64,000 nt of DNA. It comes from Actinomycetota bacterium. GTDB taxonomy: Bacteria; Actinomycetota; UBA4738; HRBIN12. This document shows positions 29,004 to 37,608 of the stretch, in pieces; within the stretch, counting starts at the first letter, position 1, and each line of letters begins with the position of its first letter. The translations under genes and the position numbers were made by a program. The notes below the pieces were generated by a model. It worked only from the letters and a program-made list of their open reading frames with translations. It ran no database searches and was not told where the DNA came from. The DNA is taken from the NCBI GenBank assembly GCA_040902745.1, contig JBBDWR010000019.1, positions 1,156 to 65,155 of the forward strand. The letters are read 5' to 3'.

Positions 29004-29070
29004 GTATGCCCCCACCAGCGGTTCCGTGTTGTTGTTGCAGGTGCGAATCGTACCAGCGGTCGGGATGTGG

Positions 29071-30123
29071 TCAGGCTCCGCGAACGCGGCCCACGACCGC
29101 GATCGAGCCCGGGTGGCCCTCCCGCGTAACGCCGATCTCTGCCCCCGCTATTCCGCGTGCGCCGAGGGCGTCGGCCAGGCGCTCGCCGTCGGTGGTCGCG
29201 ATCAACAACCCTCCGGAGGTCTGCGCGTCGGACAGGAGGAGCTGCTCCGGTTCGGTTAGGGCTCCCCAGTCCACGGCGCTGCGGACGAACTCGTGGTTGC
29301 GCCGCGTGCCTCCGGCCACCGATCCACCGCGGGCGAGGTCCAGGGCCCCGTCGAGCACCGGCACCGCCGGCGCATCCAGGTCGGCTGCGACGCCGGATGC
29401 GAGCAGCATCTTGTGCAGGTGCCCGAGCAGGCCGAAGCCCGTCACGTCGGTCGCGGCCTCGGCACTTGCCTCGACCATCGCGTCCGCGGCCACCGCGTTC
29501 AGCGTGGTCATCGTGTCGATGGCGTCGCGCACCTGCGCCTCGCCGGCCGTTCCCCGCTTGATCGCGGTCGAGATCATCCCCAGTCCGATCGGCTTCGTCA
29601 GGAACAACCCGGCTCCCGCCGGCACGTTGGCGTTCGTGAGGATCCGGTCGGGGTGCACCAGGCCGAGCGCGACCATCCCGTATTTCGGTTCTTCGTCGGT
29701 GATCGTATGCCCCCCGACCACGGGGATCCCCGCGGCAGCCGCGACGTCCTGTCCGCCCTGGAGCACCCGGCCGAGCATCTCCAGCGGCAAGTCGTCCACG
29801 GGCCACGCGACGATGTTGAGGCCGAAGATCGGCCGCCCCCCCATCGCGTAGACGTCCGACAACGCGTTCGCCGCCGCGATCCGTCCCCAGTCATACGGGT
29901 CGTCGACGATCGGGGTGAAGAAGTCGAGCGTAGCGACGAGCGCCTGATCGTCGTTCAGCCGATAGACCGCGGCGTCGTCGCCCGTCTCGGCGTCGACGAG
30001 GATCTGGGCGGGCATCGGCGCAACGTGGAGCCCTCCCAGGACCTCCTGCAGTTGACCGGGCCCGAGCTTGCAGGCGCAGCCGGCTCCATGGCTGAACTCG
30101 GTCAGCCTGCGTTGCGTACGCAT
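29071..30123 (-). CDS. selD: Selenide, water dikinase (selenophosphate synthetase), Cys form
   Basis: SHGAGCACKL (TGC codon, not TGA), GDDAAVY, DFFTPIVDDPYDWGRIAAANALSDVYAMGG, TDVTGFGLLGH, DAQTSGGLL; leaderless TATCCT 6 nt before the ATG. Confidence 0.95.
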   Translation of the reverse strand: MRTQRRLTEFSHGAGCACKLGPGQLQEVLGGLHVAPMPAQILVDAETGDDAAVYRLNDDQALVATLDFFTPIVDDPYDWGRIAAANALSDVYAMGGRPIFGLNIVAWPVDDLPLEMLGRVLQGGQDVAAAAGIPVVGGHTITDEEPKYGMVALGLVHPDRILTNANVPAGAGLFLTKPIGLGMISTAIKRGTAGEAQVRDAIDTMTTLNAVAADAMVEASAEAATDVTGFGLLGHLHKMLLASGVAADLDAPAVPVLDGALDLARGGSVAGGTRRNHEFVRSAVDWGALTEPEQLLLSDAQTSGGLLIATTDGERLADALGARGIAGAEIGVTREGHPGSIAVVGRVRGA

Positions 30124-30191
30124 GTGCCGAGGATACGTCCTGGATGATCGGTAGCGCGGCGGTCGAGTTGCCGACGGATCGCTGAGATCGC

Positions 30192-31685
30192 CTACGGCCA
30201 GCCCTGATGGTGCTCGCGGAACAGCTCGACCTCCAGCGGTGTAGTCGGGCCGAGGGTCCGGTTCGTGCCGGGGAGCTGACGGCGCAGCCCCTCGAGCTCC
30301 CGGCGCGAGAACTCGCATCGATCCGTGATCGGCTCGACCCCGTACAGCTGTGCGCCGTTGCGCCCCAGGATCTTCTCCTTGATCTCGCGTGTCAGTTCCG
30401 GGTAGCCGTAGCGATCCTGGAACGCCGCCGAGATCCGGAACGAGCGCAACGCCTGGATCTGATCCTGCGGCGACCCGTAGAACAGGCAGTCGGTGCCCCA
30501 CACCACGTTGTCCTCGCCCACGTAGCGCAGCAGCTTGCCGAGCACATGCGCCGCCTCGGTCGGTGAGCGCATCACGCTCCACCAGGTGGACCCGATCTCC
30601 GCGTACACGTTCTCGTTCGGTCCGATCCCGGCTCGCCGCATCGATGTGATCAGGCGATTCACTCCCACCCTGTTGGTCGCCCGTTCGTACGGGCCTTCGA
30701 TCGTCCCGGCCTCATACCCCGAGTGGTACACGACGAAGTTCGCCTCGGGATGTTTCCTGGCCGCGGGACCGATGTCCTCAGGAGAGGCGAACCGGCTCCC
30801 TCCGCTGAACCCCTTGTGCGTGCAGATCGTCGGCACCCCGAGACGCACCGCGCGCTCGATGAACTGCTCACCGACCGCAGCGACCCCCGGTTCGTGGTCG
30901 TCGAGCCACCATCCCTGTTCGCCGCCCTCGAACACGTCCGGGAAGTGGGTGAAGGTCTTCCACGCCGTGATCGGATACCGCTCGACCGCGCCATCCATCT
31001 CGTCGAGGTTGCCGGGCAGGTTCCCGACGTTCGGCAGCGCCTGCGCATGCAGCAGGACACGCTCGTCGCGGCACAGCGCCTCGGCGATCCGGCGGGTCTC
31101 GTCCATGATCTGCGCCGACATCGGGCTTCCCTGCGGGTAGATCGGCAACGCGGACAGCACGAGCATCGTCGTGTCGCTGCGCAGGAACATCAGCTCGAGG
31201 AAGTTCTCGATCGAGTAGCAGACGCGAGGATCGTTCTCGCCGCAGTCCTTCTGTGGGAAGCGCTCCCAGAAGTCCTGACCGTTCAGGATCGGGTTGAGGT
31301 CGTACTCGAGCAGATGCCCCTGGATGTCGAAGACGAACTCCTCGCCCCCGATCGCTTCGTGCGCCGCATCCGGGTCCTCGGTCGCGTCGGGGGGGATCGC
31401 GTAGCTGCCCCCGGGGTCCGACGGTGTTCCACTCGGCCCGACGCCGGCACGTTCCGCCTCGCGTGTGCACGCACTCAACACCGCCAGGGTCGTCGCCGCT
31501 CCGCAGACCGAGAGCAGGAACTCCCGGCGGCTCATCCCTGTGCGGCGCGCCCCTCGATCGCACTCCTGTCGTGCTCGGCGGATCGTCTCACGCACCGCAG
31601 GGGACAGCGGCTGGGGCAGGTACTCGCCGTTGGAACAGGGTCCGAAGGTGATCGGCAGCCCAGGATCGTTCTCGGACCAGTCCAT
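30192..31685 (-). CDS. Amidohydrolase-family protein (Amidohydro_2) with an internal twin-arginine/lipobox-like segment
   Basis: DIQGH, ICTHKG, VVYHSG, VYAEIG, VWGTD; SRREFLLSVCGAATTLAVLSAC about 50 aa from the start. Confidence 0.82.
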   Translation of the reverse strand: MDWSENDPGLPITFGPCSNGEYLPQPLSPAVRETIRRARQECDRGARRTGMSRREFLLSVCGAATTLAVLSACTREAERAGVGPSGTPSDPGGSYAIPPDATEDPDAAHEAIGGEEFVFDIQGHLLEYDLNPILNGQDFWERFPQKDCGENDPRVCYSIENFLELMFLRSDTTMLVLSALPIYPQGSPMSAQIMDETRRIAEALCRDERVLLHAQALPNVGNLPGNLDEMDGAVERYPITAWKTFTHFPDVFEGGEQGWWLDDHEPGVAAVGEQFIERAVRLGVPTICTHKGFSGGSRFASPEDIGPAARKHPEANFVVYHSGYEAGTIEGPYERATNRVGVNRLITSMRRAGIGPNENVYAEIGSTWWSVMRSPTEAAHVLGKLLRYVGEDNVVWGTDCLFYGSPQDQIQALRSFRISAAFQDRYGYPELTREIKEKILGRNGAQLYGVEPITDRCEFSRRELEGLRRQLPGTNRTLGPTTPLEVELFREHHQGWP

Positions 31686-31747
31686 CGCGCATCCCCCGTC
31701 GCGTCGCCTGACCAGCAGACGACGAAGGAGGCGATCCGGTTCCCCGC

Positions 31748-32536
31748 CTAGACGCCCTCGCCTGAGATCGGTGCGCCGATCGCGTGGAATCCCCCGTCGA
31801 CGTGCACGATCTCGCCGGTGATCCCCCCTGCCCAATCCGACAGCAGCAGGGCGATCGCGCGCCCGACGGGTGTGGGATCGCTGACGTCCCAACCGAGCGG
31901 CGCGCGGCCCTCCCACGCGCTGGCGATCGCGTCGAACCCGGGGATCCCCTTGGCGGCGATCGTCTTGAGCGGTCCGGCCGACACGCAGTTGACGCGGATC
32001 CCGTACTTGCCCAGATCCCGCGCGAGGTAGCGGCTCACCGACTCGAGCCCCGCCTTGCACACGCCCATCCAGTCGTAGATCGGCCAAGCCTGCTGCGCGT
32101 CGAAGTCCAAGCTGACGATCGCCCCGCCCCGTTCGCGCATCAGCGGCAACATCGCTGTGGCCAGCGCCTTCAGCGAGAACGCGCTCGTGCGGAAGGCCGT
32201 CGCGACGGAGTCCCACTCGGTGTTGAGGAAATTGCCTCCGAGCGCGTCCTGCGGCGCAAACGCGATCGCGTGCAAGAACCCGTCGAGGTGACCCCACCGC
32301 GAGGACAGCTCCGCGTGCACGGCCTCGAGGTGCGAAGGTTCGTTCACGTCGAGCTCGAGAACGTCGACGGGGGTCGGCAACCGCTTCGCGCTCTTCTCCG
32401 CGAGGCTCACGCCGCGGCCGACGTTGGTCAGCACGATCTCCGCGCCTTGTTCCTGGGCCGCTTGCGCAGCCGAGAACGCGATCGATCCGGGCGTCAGCAC
32501 ACCGGTGATCAGGAGCTTCTTTCCTTCGAGCAGCAT
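31748..32536 (-). CDS. fabI: Enoyl-ACP reductase FabI (InhA-like)
   Basis: LITGVLTPGSIAF, HAIAFAP, YDWMGVCK, SAGPLKT. Confidence 0.93.
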   Translation of the reverse strand: MLLEGKKLLITGVLTPGSIAFSAAQAAQEQGAEIVLTNVGRGVSLAEKSAKRLPTPVDVLELDVNEPSHLEAVHAELSSRWGHLDGFLHAIAFAPQDALGGNFLNTEWDSVATAFRTSAFSLKALATAMLPLMRERGGAIVSLDFDAQQAWPIYDWMGVCKAGLESVSRYLARDLGKYGIRVNCVSAGPLKTIAAKGIPGFDAIASAWEGRAPLGWDVSDPTPVGRAIALLLSDWAGGITGEIVHVDGGFHAIGAPISGEGV

Positions 32537-32617
32537 CGACGACCCCTCTCGGATGAAGCTCACATGCTAGGCGGGCCCGGCCGTCGTGACGAACCCCGCC
32601 GGTGGCCGCGACCCGGG

Positions 32618-33958
32618 CTAGGTGTCCTTGCGAAGTCCGACGTCTCGAACGCCCCACACGCTCCAGGTCGGGTCGCTGCCCGCCGCGACGAACTGGACCA
32701 CGTTGCGCTTGCCGTCGCGCAGGAACTTCCCCGCGATCCGGCGCGTTCGCTCGCCCGTCCATGCGCCGGGCGTGCCGGGCGCGATCGTCGCGACCCTGCG
32801 CCAGTTCACGAAGATCGACACCTCGTCCTGCTGGATGTCGAACGCGTCGTAGTCGAGCAACCAGGGCCCGCGCTTCTGGTCGGTTGTGAAGAAGACCTCC
32901 TTCGGGTGGGTCTCGTCCCTTCCCGGGATGTTACCGAGCGGGGCGTCGTAGCCGAGGCCGACCGGCATCGCGGGGGTCTGGCGCGGGTTGACGGGCAGGC
33001 GCTGCAGCAGTGCGTGGTGCGATCCCCTGGTGAGGGGGAACGTGTAGTAGCTGCCGCCCACACCGCCGAACTCGCGGAGCGTTCGCACGTACGCGCGGGT
33101 CTCGGACTCGCTGGTTTCGTCGGCGATACCCCCGATCATGTGGACCGGGAAGTCGGGGACGCCACTGGATCGGCGCAAGATCTTGAAGCACTGCGTCATG
33201 TACCAATGCACCCCGGCGGCGCCCTGCACCTTCCACGTGAAATAGGACATCGGCACGATCACGTCGTAGATCGACATCAGCTCGCGGTAGGGGAAGCGCG
33301 GCCAGTACCCCGTCGCGTACTTGATCCCTCGCGGCGACGGGATGATGGCGCCCAGCGGGTACATGGGACCGGCGGACGCGTACCCGTCGGCGAAGGCTCG
33401 GATGCGCTCGGACAGGCGCAGCATCCGGTCCGAGCGCTTGTCGGGATCGCGCACGATCGACGCCTCGATGTCCAGTGCGAACGAATCGAACCGATTGCCG
33501 TCGTCGGTCACGAGCTTGATCGCGGCGATCGAGCGCTTGTAGTCCATCTCCACGTTGCGGAAGCCGGGCAGGTACCACGCGACGGTCCGGATACCCCACC
33601 GGTGGGCTGCATCCAAGAACTGCTCCGTCTTGGCCCGGTACGCGAATGCGGAGTCCCTCCCGTAGTTGGAGGTCTCCAGGTACAAGGTCCGATAGCCGCG
33701 CGCGTGCATCGCCCTGACGGCGGCGGCAGGGTTCTGCCAGGACTCGTCATAGATGTCGACCCATGTGCCGGCACCCTGATAGTCGGAGACGTCCCCCACG
33801 CGCACGGGCGCCCGCAGCAGCCGGTCCCGCAGCGCCGATGACCGGGAACCGTGCTGGGCGCCGGAGGGCAGACCGGAGAGCACTAGGCCGGCGCAGACGG
33901 CGAGGCCGACCAGGGCGCTCAGGATCGAGGTGGGGAGGCGTCGACGCACATGCTGCAT
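32618..33958 (-). CDS. Secreted basic protein with a putative glycoside-hydrolase-like TIM barrel and a C-terminal beta domain
   Basis: Signal peptide; GTWVDIYD, TLYLET, VAWYLP, FALDIE, VPMSY, HMIGG. Confidence 0.6.
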   Translation of the reverse strand: MQHVRRRLPTSILSALVGLAVCAGLVLSGLPSGAQHGSRSSALRDRLLRAPVRVGDVSDYQGAGTWVDIYDESWQNPAAAVRAMHARGYRTLYLETSNYGRDSAFAYRAKTEQFLDAAHRWGIRTVAWYLPGFRNVEMDYKRSIAAIKLVTDDGNRFDSFALDIEASIVRDPDKRSDRMLRLSERIRAFADGYASAGPMYPLGAIIPSPRGIKYATGYWPRFPYRELMSIYDVIVPMSYFTWKVQGAAGVHWYMTQCFKILRRSSGVPDFPVHMIGGIADETSESETRAYVRTLREFGGVGGSYYTFPLTRGSHHALLQRLPVNPRQTPAMPVGLGYDAPLGNIPGRDETHPKEVFFTTDQKRGPWLLDYDAFDIQQDEVSIFVNWRRVATIAPGTPGAWTGERTRRIAGKFLRDGKRNVVQFVAAGSDPTWSVWGVRDVGLRKDT

Positions 33959-34065
33959 CACCTCTACCCTACCCGGCGACCGCGACGCGTAAGCTGCCAG
34001 CCGCGGCTCCTTACCGTGCAAGCTGGGCCGACAACCGAAGACCTCGAGCGATCAAGGAGCACTTG

Positions 34066-35718
34066 GTGACGGAGCAGGAACGGGCCGCGAAGCTGGCCGA
34101 CGACTTCTGGCAAGACCTGCTGGAGCTGGAGCCGACGCTCGGCACACAGATCGGCGACGAGCGCTACGACGACCGCCTGAGTGATCCCGGTCCCGAGGGG
34201 CGAGCGCACGCGGAACAGATACATCTGCAGGCATTGGAGCGCGCGCGACAGATCGACCGGTCTCAGCTCGACGAGACCCATCGCACCACCCTCGACGTGC
34301 TCACGTTCGCGTGTGAGAGCCAGCTCGCGTCTCTGGAGCACCGGCTTGACCGCCTGTCGGCTGCAAGCCACATGTGGGGACCCGCACAGCTCCTCGTCGA
34401 GCTGGGCACGACCCAACGTGTCGACACACCCGAGCGGATCGAGCGATACGTCGATCGCCTCCGTGCGATCCCCGCCTACATGGACGCCGTGGCTGGCGTG
34501 CTGGCCGAAGGGGTCGCGAGCGGGGTCACCTCTCCGCGCGTCGTCGTGGAGCGCACCGTGGCCCAGGTCGAACGCCTGCTGCAGCTCGGCGACGAAGACT
34601 CGCCGGCGACGATGAACCTTTCGGCCGACACCGCGCCGGAGCTCCGCGAGGCCGTGGTGTCGGCGATCCGGGAGGCCGCGCTGCCCGGATACGACGTCTA
34701 TCTCACCGCCCTGCGCAACTCCCTCGCGCACGCGACGGAAACGATCGGTATCGCCGACCTGCCCGATGGGCGCGCGATGTATGACGCGGTGATCCTCGAA
34801 TGGACGACGGTGGCCCGTCCCGCGCAACAGATCCACGACCTCGGGGTCGCGGATCTCGCCAAGGTGCAGGAGGAGCGCCGTGCGATCGCTGCGAGCCTCG
34901 GACACGCCAGCGTCGAGGAGGCGATCGCCGCTTACGACGAGACCGGCGCGAATCGCGCGACCGAGCGCGAACAGCTCGTCCGGCTCGCCGAGGAGCAGGT
35001 TCTACGCGGATGGGACGCGGCTCCGCGGTACTTCGGCCGACTGCCCGATCGCAACTGCGAGGTGCGCCTCGCGGAGGAGTTCCGGGAGGCCGACATGCCG
35101 TTCGCCTGGTACCAGCCCCCGTCCGAAGACGGCTCGCGCCCGGGGCTGTACTACGTGAACGCCTACGAGCTTTGCGACCGTCCACTGCATCATCTGGCCA
35201 CGACGACCTACCACGAGGCCAGTCCCGGACATCACTTCCAGATCGCGATCGAGCAGGAGTTCTCCGACCGCCCGACCCTGCGCCGGTTCGGAGGTCTGCT
35301 CTCGGGCGCCTCGTTCATCGAAGGCTGGGGGCTGTACTCCGAGCGCCTCGCCGACGAGATGGGGCTGTTCACCGACGAGTACGAGCGGCTCGGGATGCTC
35401 GACGCGCAGGCCCACCGTTCGGCGCGGCTCGTCGTGGACACGGGGATCCACGCCCTCGGGTGGCGTCGCGAGAACGCGATCGCGAAACTCGAGGAGGCGG
35501 GGGTCCCCAACACCGACGCCGAGATCGAGGTCGATCGGTACATCACGCTGCCCGGTCAGGCGCTGTCCTACAAGATCGGGCAGCTGGAGATCGAACGCTG
35601 GCGTGCCCAAGCGGCAGCGCGAGACGGCTTCTCCCTCAAGACGTTCCACGACCGGCTGCTCTCACTCGGCTCGCTGCCGTTGCCCGCGCTCGAGCGAGAA
35701 CTCGCGAACGACGCCTGA
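34066..35718 (+). CDS. DUF885 family protein (metallopeptidase-like)
   Basis: YHEASPGHHFQ, FIEGWGLYSE, RLVVDTGIH, EVDRY, PGQALSYKIG; AAGGAG RBS. Confidence 0.9.
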   Translation: MTEQERAAKLADDFWQDLLELEPTLGTQIGDERYDDRLSDPGPEGRAHAEQIHLQALERARQIDRSQLDETHRTTLDVLTFACESQLASLEHRLDRLSAASHMWGPAQLLVELGTTQRVDTPERIERYVDRLRAIPAYMDAVAGVLAEGVASGVTSPRVVVERTVAQVERLLQLGDEDSPATMNLSADTAPELREAVVSAIREAALPGYDVYLTALRNSLAHATETIGIADLPDGRAMYDAVILEWTTVARPAQQIHDLGVADLAKVQEERRAIAASLGHASVEEAIAAYDETGANRATEREQLVRLAEEQVLRGWDAAPRYFGRLPDRNCEVRLAEEFREADMPFAWYQPPSEDGSRPGLYYVNAYELCDRPLHHLATTTYHEASPGHHFQIAIEQEFSDRPTLRRFGGLLSGASFIEGWGLYSERLADEMGLFTDEYERLGMLDAQAHRSARLVVDTGIHALGWRRENAIAKLEEAGVPNTDAEIEVDRYITLPGQALSYKIGQLEIERWRAQAAARDGFSLKTFHDRLLSLGSLPLPALERELANDA

Positions 35719-35748
35719 ACCGCACGATCGAACCGAAAGGGGTTCCAC

Positions 35749-35850
35749 GTGGACGTCGAGATCTTGTACCACCCCTCCGACGCGATGGCCGTGGCCACGA
35801 GCGCGTGCCTCGGGTGGCTGATCCCCAAGCTGCCGTCCACCAACAGCTGA
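35749..35850 (+). pseudogene. 33-codon remnant of an AIM24/TIGR00266-family gene (both termini fused)
   Basis: GAAAGGGG RBS; MDVEILYHPSDAMAVA-TSACLGWLIPKLPSTNS* resembles, from recall, the N- and C-termini of AIM24 proteins. Confidence 0.55.
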
Positions 35851-35860
35851 GGAGCTCGAC

Positions 35861-36574
35861 GTGGACCTGGGCATCGACGGAAAGGTCGCGCTCGTCACCG
35901 GCTCGTCGAAGGGTTTGGGACGCGCGTCGGCTGCGTCCCTGTCCCGGGAGGGAGCAAACGTGGTGCTGTGCGCCCGCGACGGAGCTGAACTGGCGCGCGC
36001 CGAACACGCGATGGCGGGCGAGGCACTCTCCATCGTCGCCGACGTCACCGATCCGGCGGCGCCGCAGCGACTCGCCGAAGCCGCGGTCGCTCGCTTCGGA
36101 GGCCTCGACATCCTCGTCGCGAACGCCGGCGGGCCTCCCCCAGCGCGTGCGCTCGAGTTCGACGATGCAGCGCTCCAAGCCGCACTCGAGGCGAACCTAC
36201 TGACCTCGATCCGGCTCGTGCGCGCAGCCGTCCCACACATGCGGCGCGCGGGCTGGGGACGGATCGTGCTGCTGACCTCCCGCACGATCAAGCAGCCCAA
36301 CCCCGCTCTCGCACTGTCCAACACGGCGAGGACCGGTCTGTGGGCCTGGGCCAAGACGGCCGCGCAAGACCTGTTCGACGACGGGATCACGCTGAACCTC
36401 GCCTGCCCCGGTTCACACGCCACCGATCGCGCGATCGAACTCGGCCTCGAGGGCCCGATGGGCGATCCGGACCACTTCGGAGAGGTGGTCGCGTTCCTGT
36501 GCTCCGCTCAGGCCGACTTCGTGACCGGATCGGCCGTGCAGGTCGACGGCGGGGAGATCCTGGGCTTGCTCTGA
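35861..36574 (+). CDS. SDR family oxidoreductase
   Basis: VTGSSKGLG, VANAGGP, SNTAR, VDGG. Confidence 0.9.
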   Translation: MDLGIDGKVALVTGSSKGLGRASAASLSREGANVVLCARDGAELARAEHAMAGEALSIVADVTDPAAPQRLAEAAVARFGGLDILVANAGGPPPARALEFDDAALQAALEANLLTSIRLVRAAVPHMRRAGWGRIVLLTSRTIKQPNPALALSNTARTGLWAWAKTAAQDLFDDGITLNLACPGSHATDRAIELGLEGPMGDPDHFGEVVAFLCSAQADFVTGSAVQVDGGEILGLL

Positions 36575-36663
36575 TCCCGTTGCCGGCCCGGTCGGGGCTA
36601 TCGACTCACGCCTCCGCCGGACGCAGCTGTGCCCGCACCGCCCCAGCGGGGAACAGAGCAACC

Positions 36664-37530
36664 TCATGGCTTGCGAGCCGACAGCAGGAGATATTCGAGC
36701 ATCCCCCGGCGCCACAGGAGTTCGACCTGTCCGAGCAGCACACGACTCGCGAGCACGTGCGCGGTGGGAGCGTCCCCGTCCGCCCGTTCCAGTCGGTCGC
36801 GCACGGATGCGAGCGCCGGTGCGATCACTCGATCGCCGACGAGCCGGGTGCGGACGTCGACGAACCCCGTCTCTTCGACGGCTGAGAAGATCTCGGTCGG
36901 CGTCGCCGCCGCGGAGGCCCTCAGCCCCCACACGCGCAGCTGCGCGAGCGCCGCGAGCACCTCCGCAGGCCCCCGCGGCATCCGCAAGGTCGGGATGTCC
37001 GACATCGTGAGCACACCGCCCGACCGCAGCACACGAGAGGCCTCGCGGAAGAACCGCACACGCGAAGGGAAGTGGAACGCCGCCTCGACGCTGATCACCC
37101 CGTCGAACGACGCGTCGGCGAATGGCAGGCGCATCGCATCCGCGTTCACGGGTGTGGCGCCGGCGTCTGCCAGCGCCCCGGCACCCGCGACGAGCTGGGA
37201 CCTGGTGAGATTGAGGGCGACGAGCCGCTCCGGTCGGGCAACATCGGCGATCAGGCGATCCTGTGCGCCGAGCCCGTTGCCGACGTCCAGGACGGCTCCG
37301 CCTTCGGGAAGATCGGTCGCGATCTCGCGCACGAGCCGGCGGACAGCGATCGGCGCCTCCTCCGGATCGCTCCCGTCTCCCTCCCACAGTCCGAGGTTCA
37401 GCCATCCCTGGTCGAGGGCGAGGAAGAAGTCCGGACCGATGCTGTCGTAGACGGTGGCAGCGGGCCGGCGACCTTGCACGAACAGACCCGCCGCGTGTCG
37501 CAGGTTGTCGGTCGTCCACGTCGTCGGCAT
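36664..37530 (-). CDS. Class I SAM-dependent methyltransferase (small-molecule type)
   Basis: WLNLGLW, VLDVGNGLG, LPFADASFD, EAAFHF. Confidence 0.85.
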   Translation of the reverse strand: MPTTWTTDNLRHAAGLFVQGRRPAATVYDSIGPDFFLALDQGWLNLGLWEGDGSDPEEAPIAVRRLVREIATDLPEGGAVLDVGNGLGAQDRLIADVARPERLVALNLTRSQLVAGAGALADAGATPVNADAMRLPFADASFDGVISVEAAFHFPSRVRFFREASRVLRSGGVLTMSDIPTLRMPRGPAEVLAALAQLRVWGLRASAAATPTEIFSAVEETGFVDVRTRLVGDRVIAPALASVRDRLERADGDAPTAHVLASRVLLGQVELLWRRGMLEYLLLSARKP

Positions 37531-37571
37531 CGATTGGCTCCCTTCCGACGCCAACGGTACCCTGCGGGGCA

Positions 37572-37600
37572 CAGAGCCAGAGCCAGAGCCAGAGCCAGAG
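37572..37600 (+). repeat. Hexanucleotide tandem repeat (CAGAGC)x4.8
   Basis: cagagc cagagc cagagc cagagc cagag in a 78-bp divergent intergenic region, abutting the RBS. Confidence 0.9.
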
Positions 37601-37608
37601 GGGGACAC

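Noticed and set aside
30070-30090. Selenocysteine in SelD itself
   Set aside because: The active-site codon is TGC (GAGCACK), not TGA
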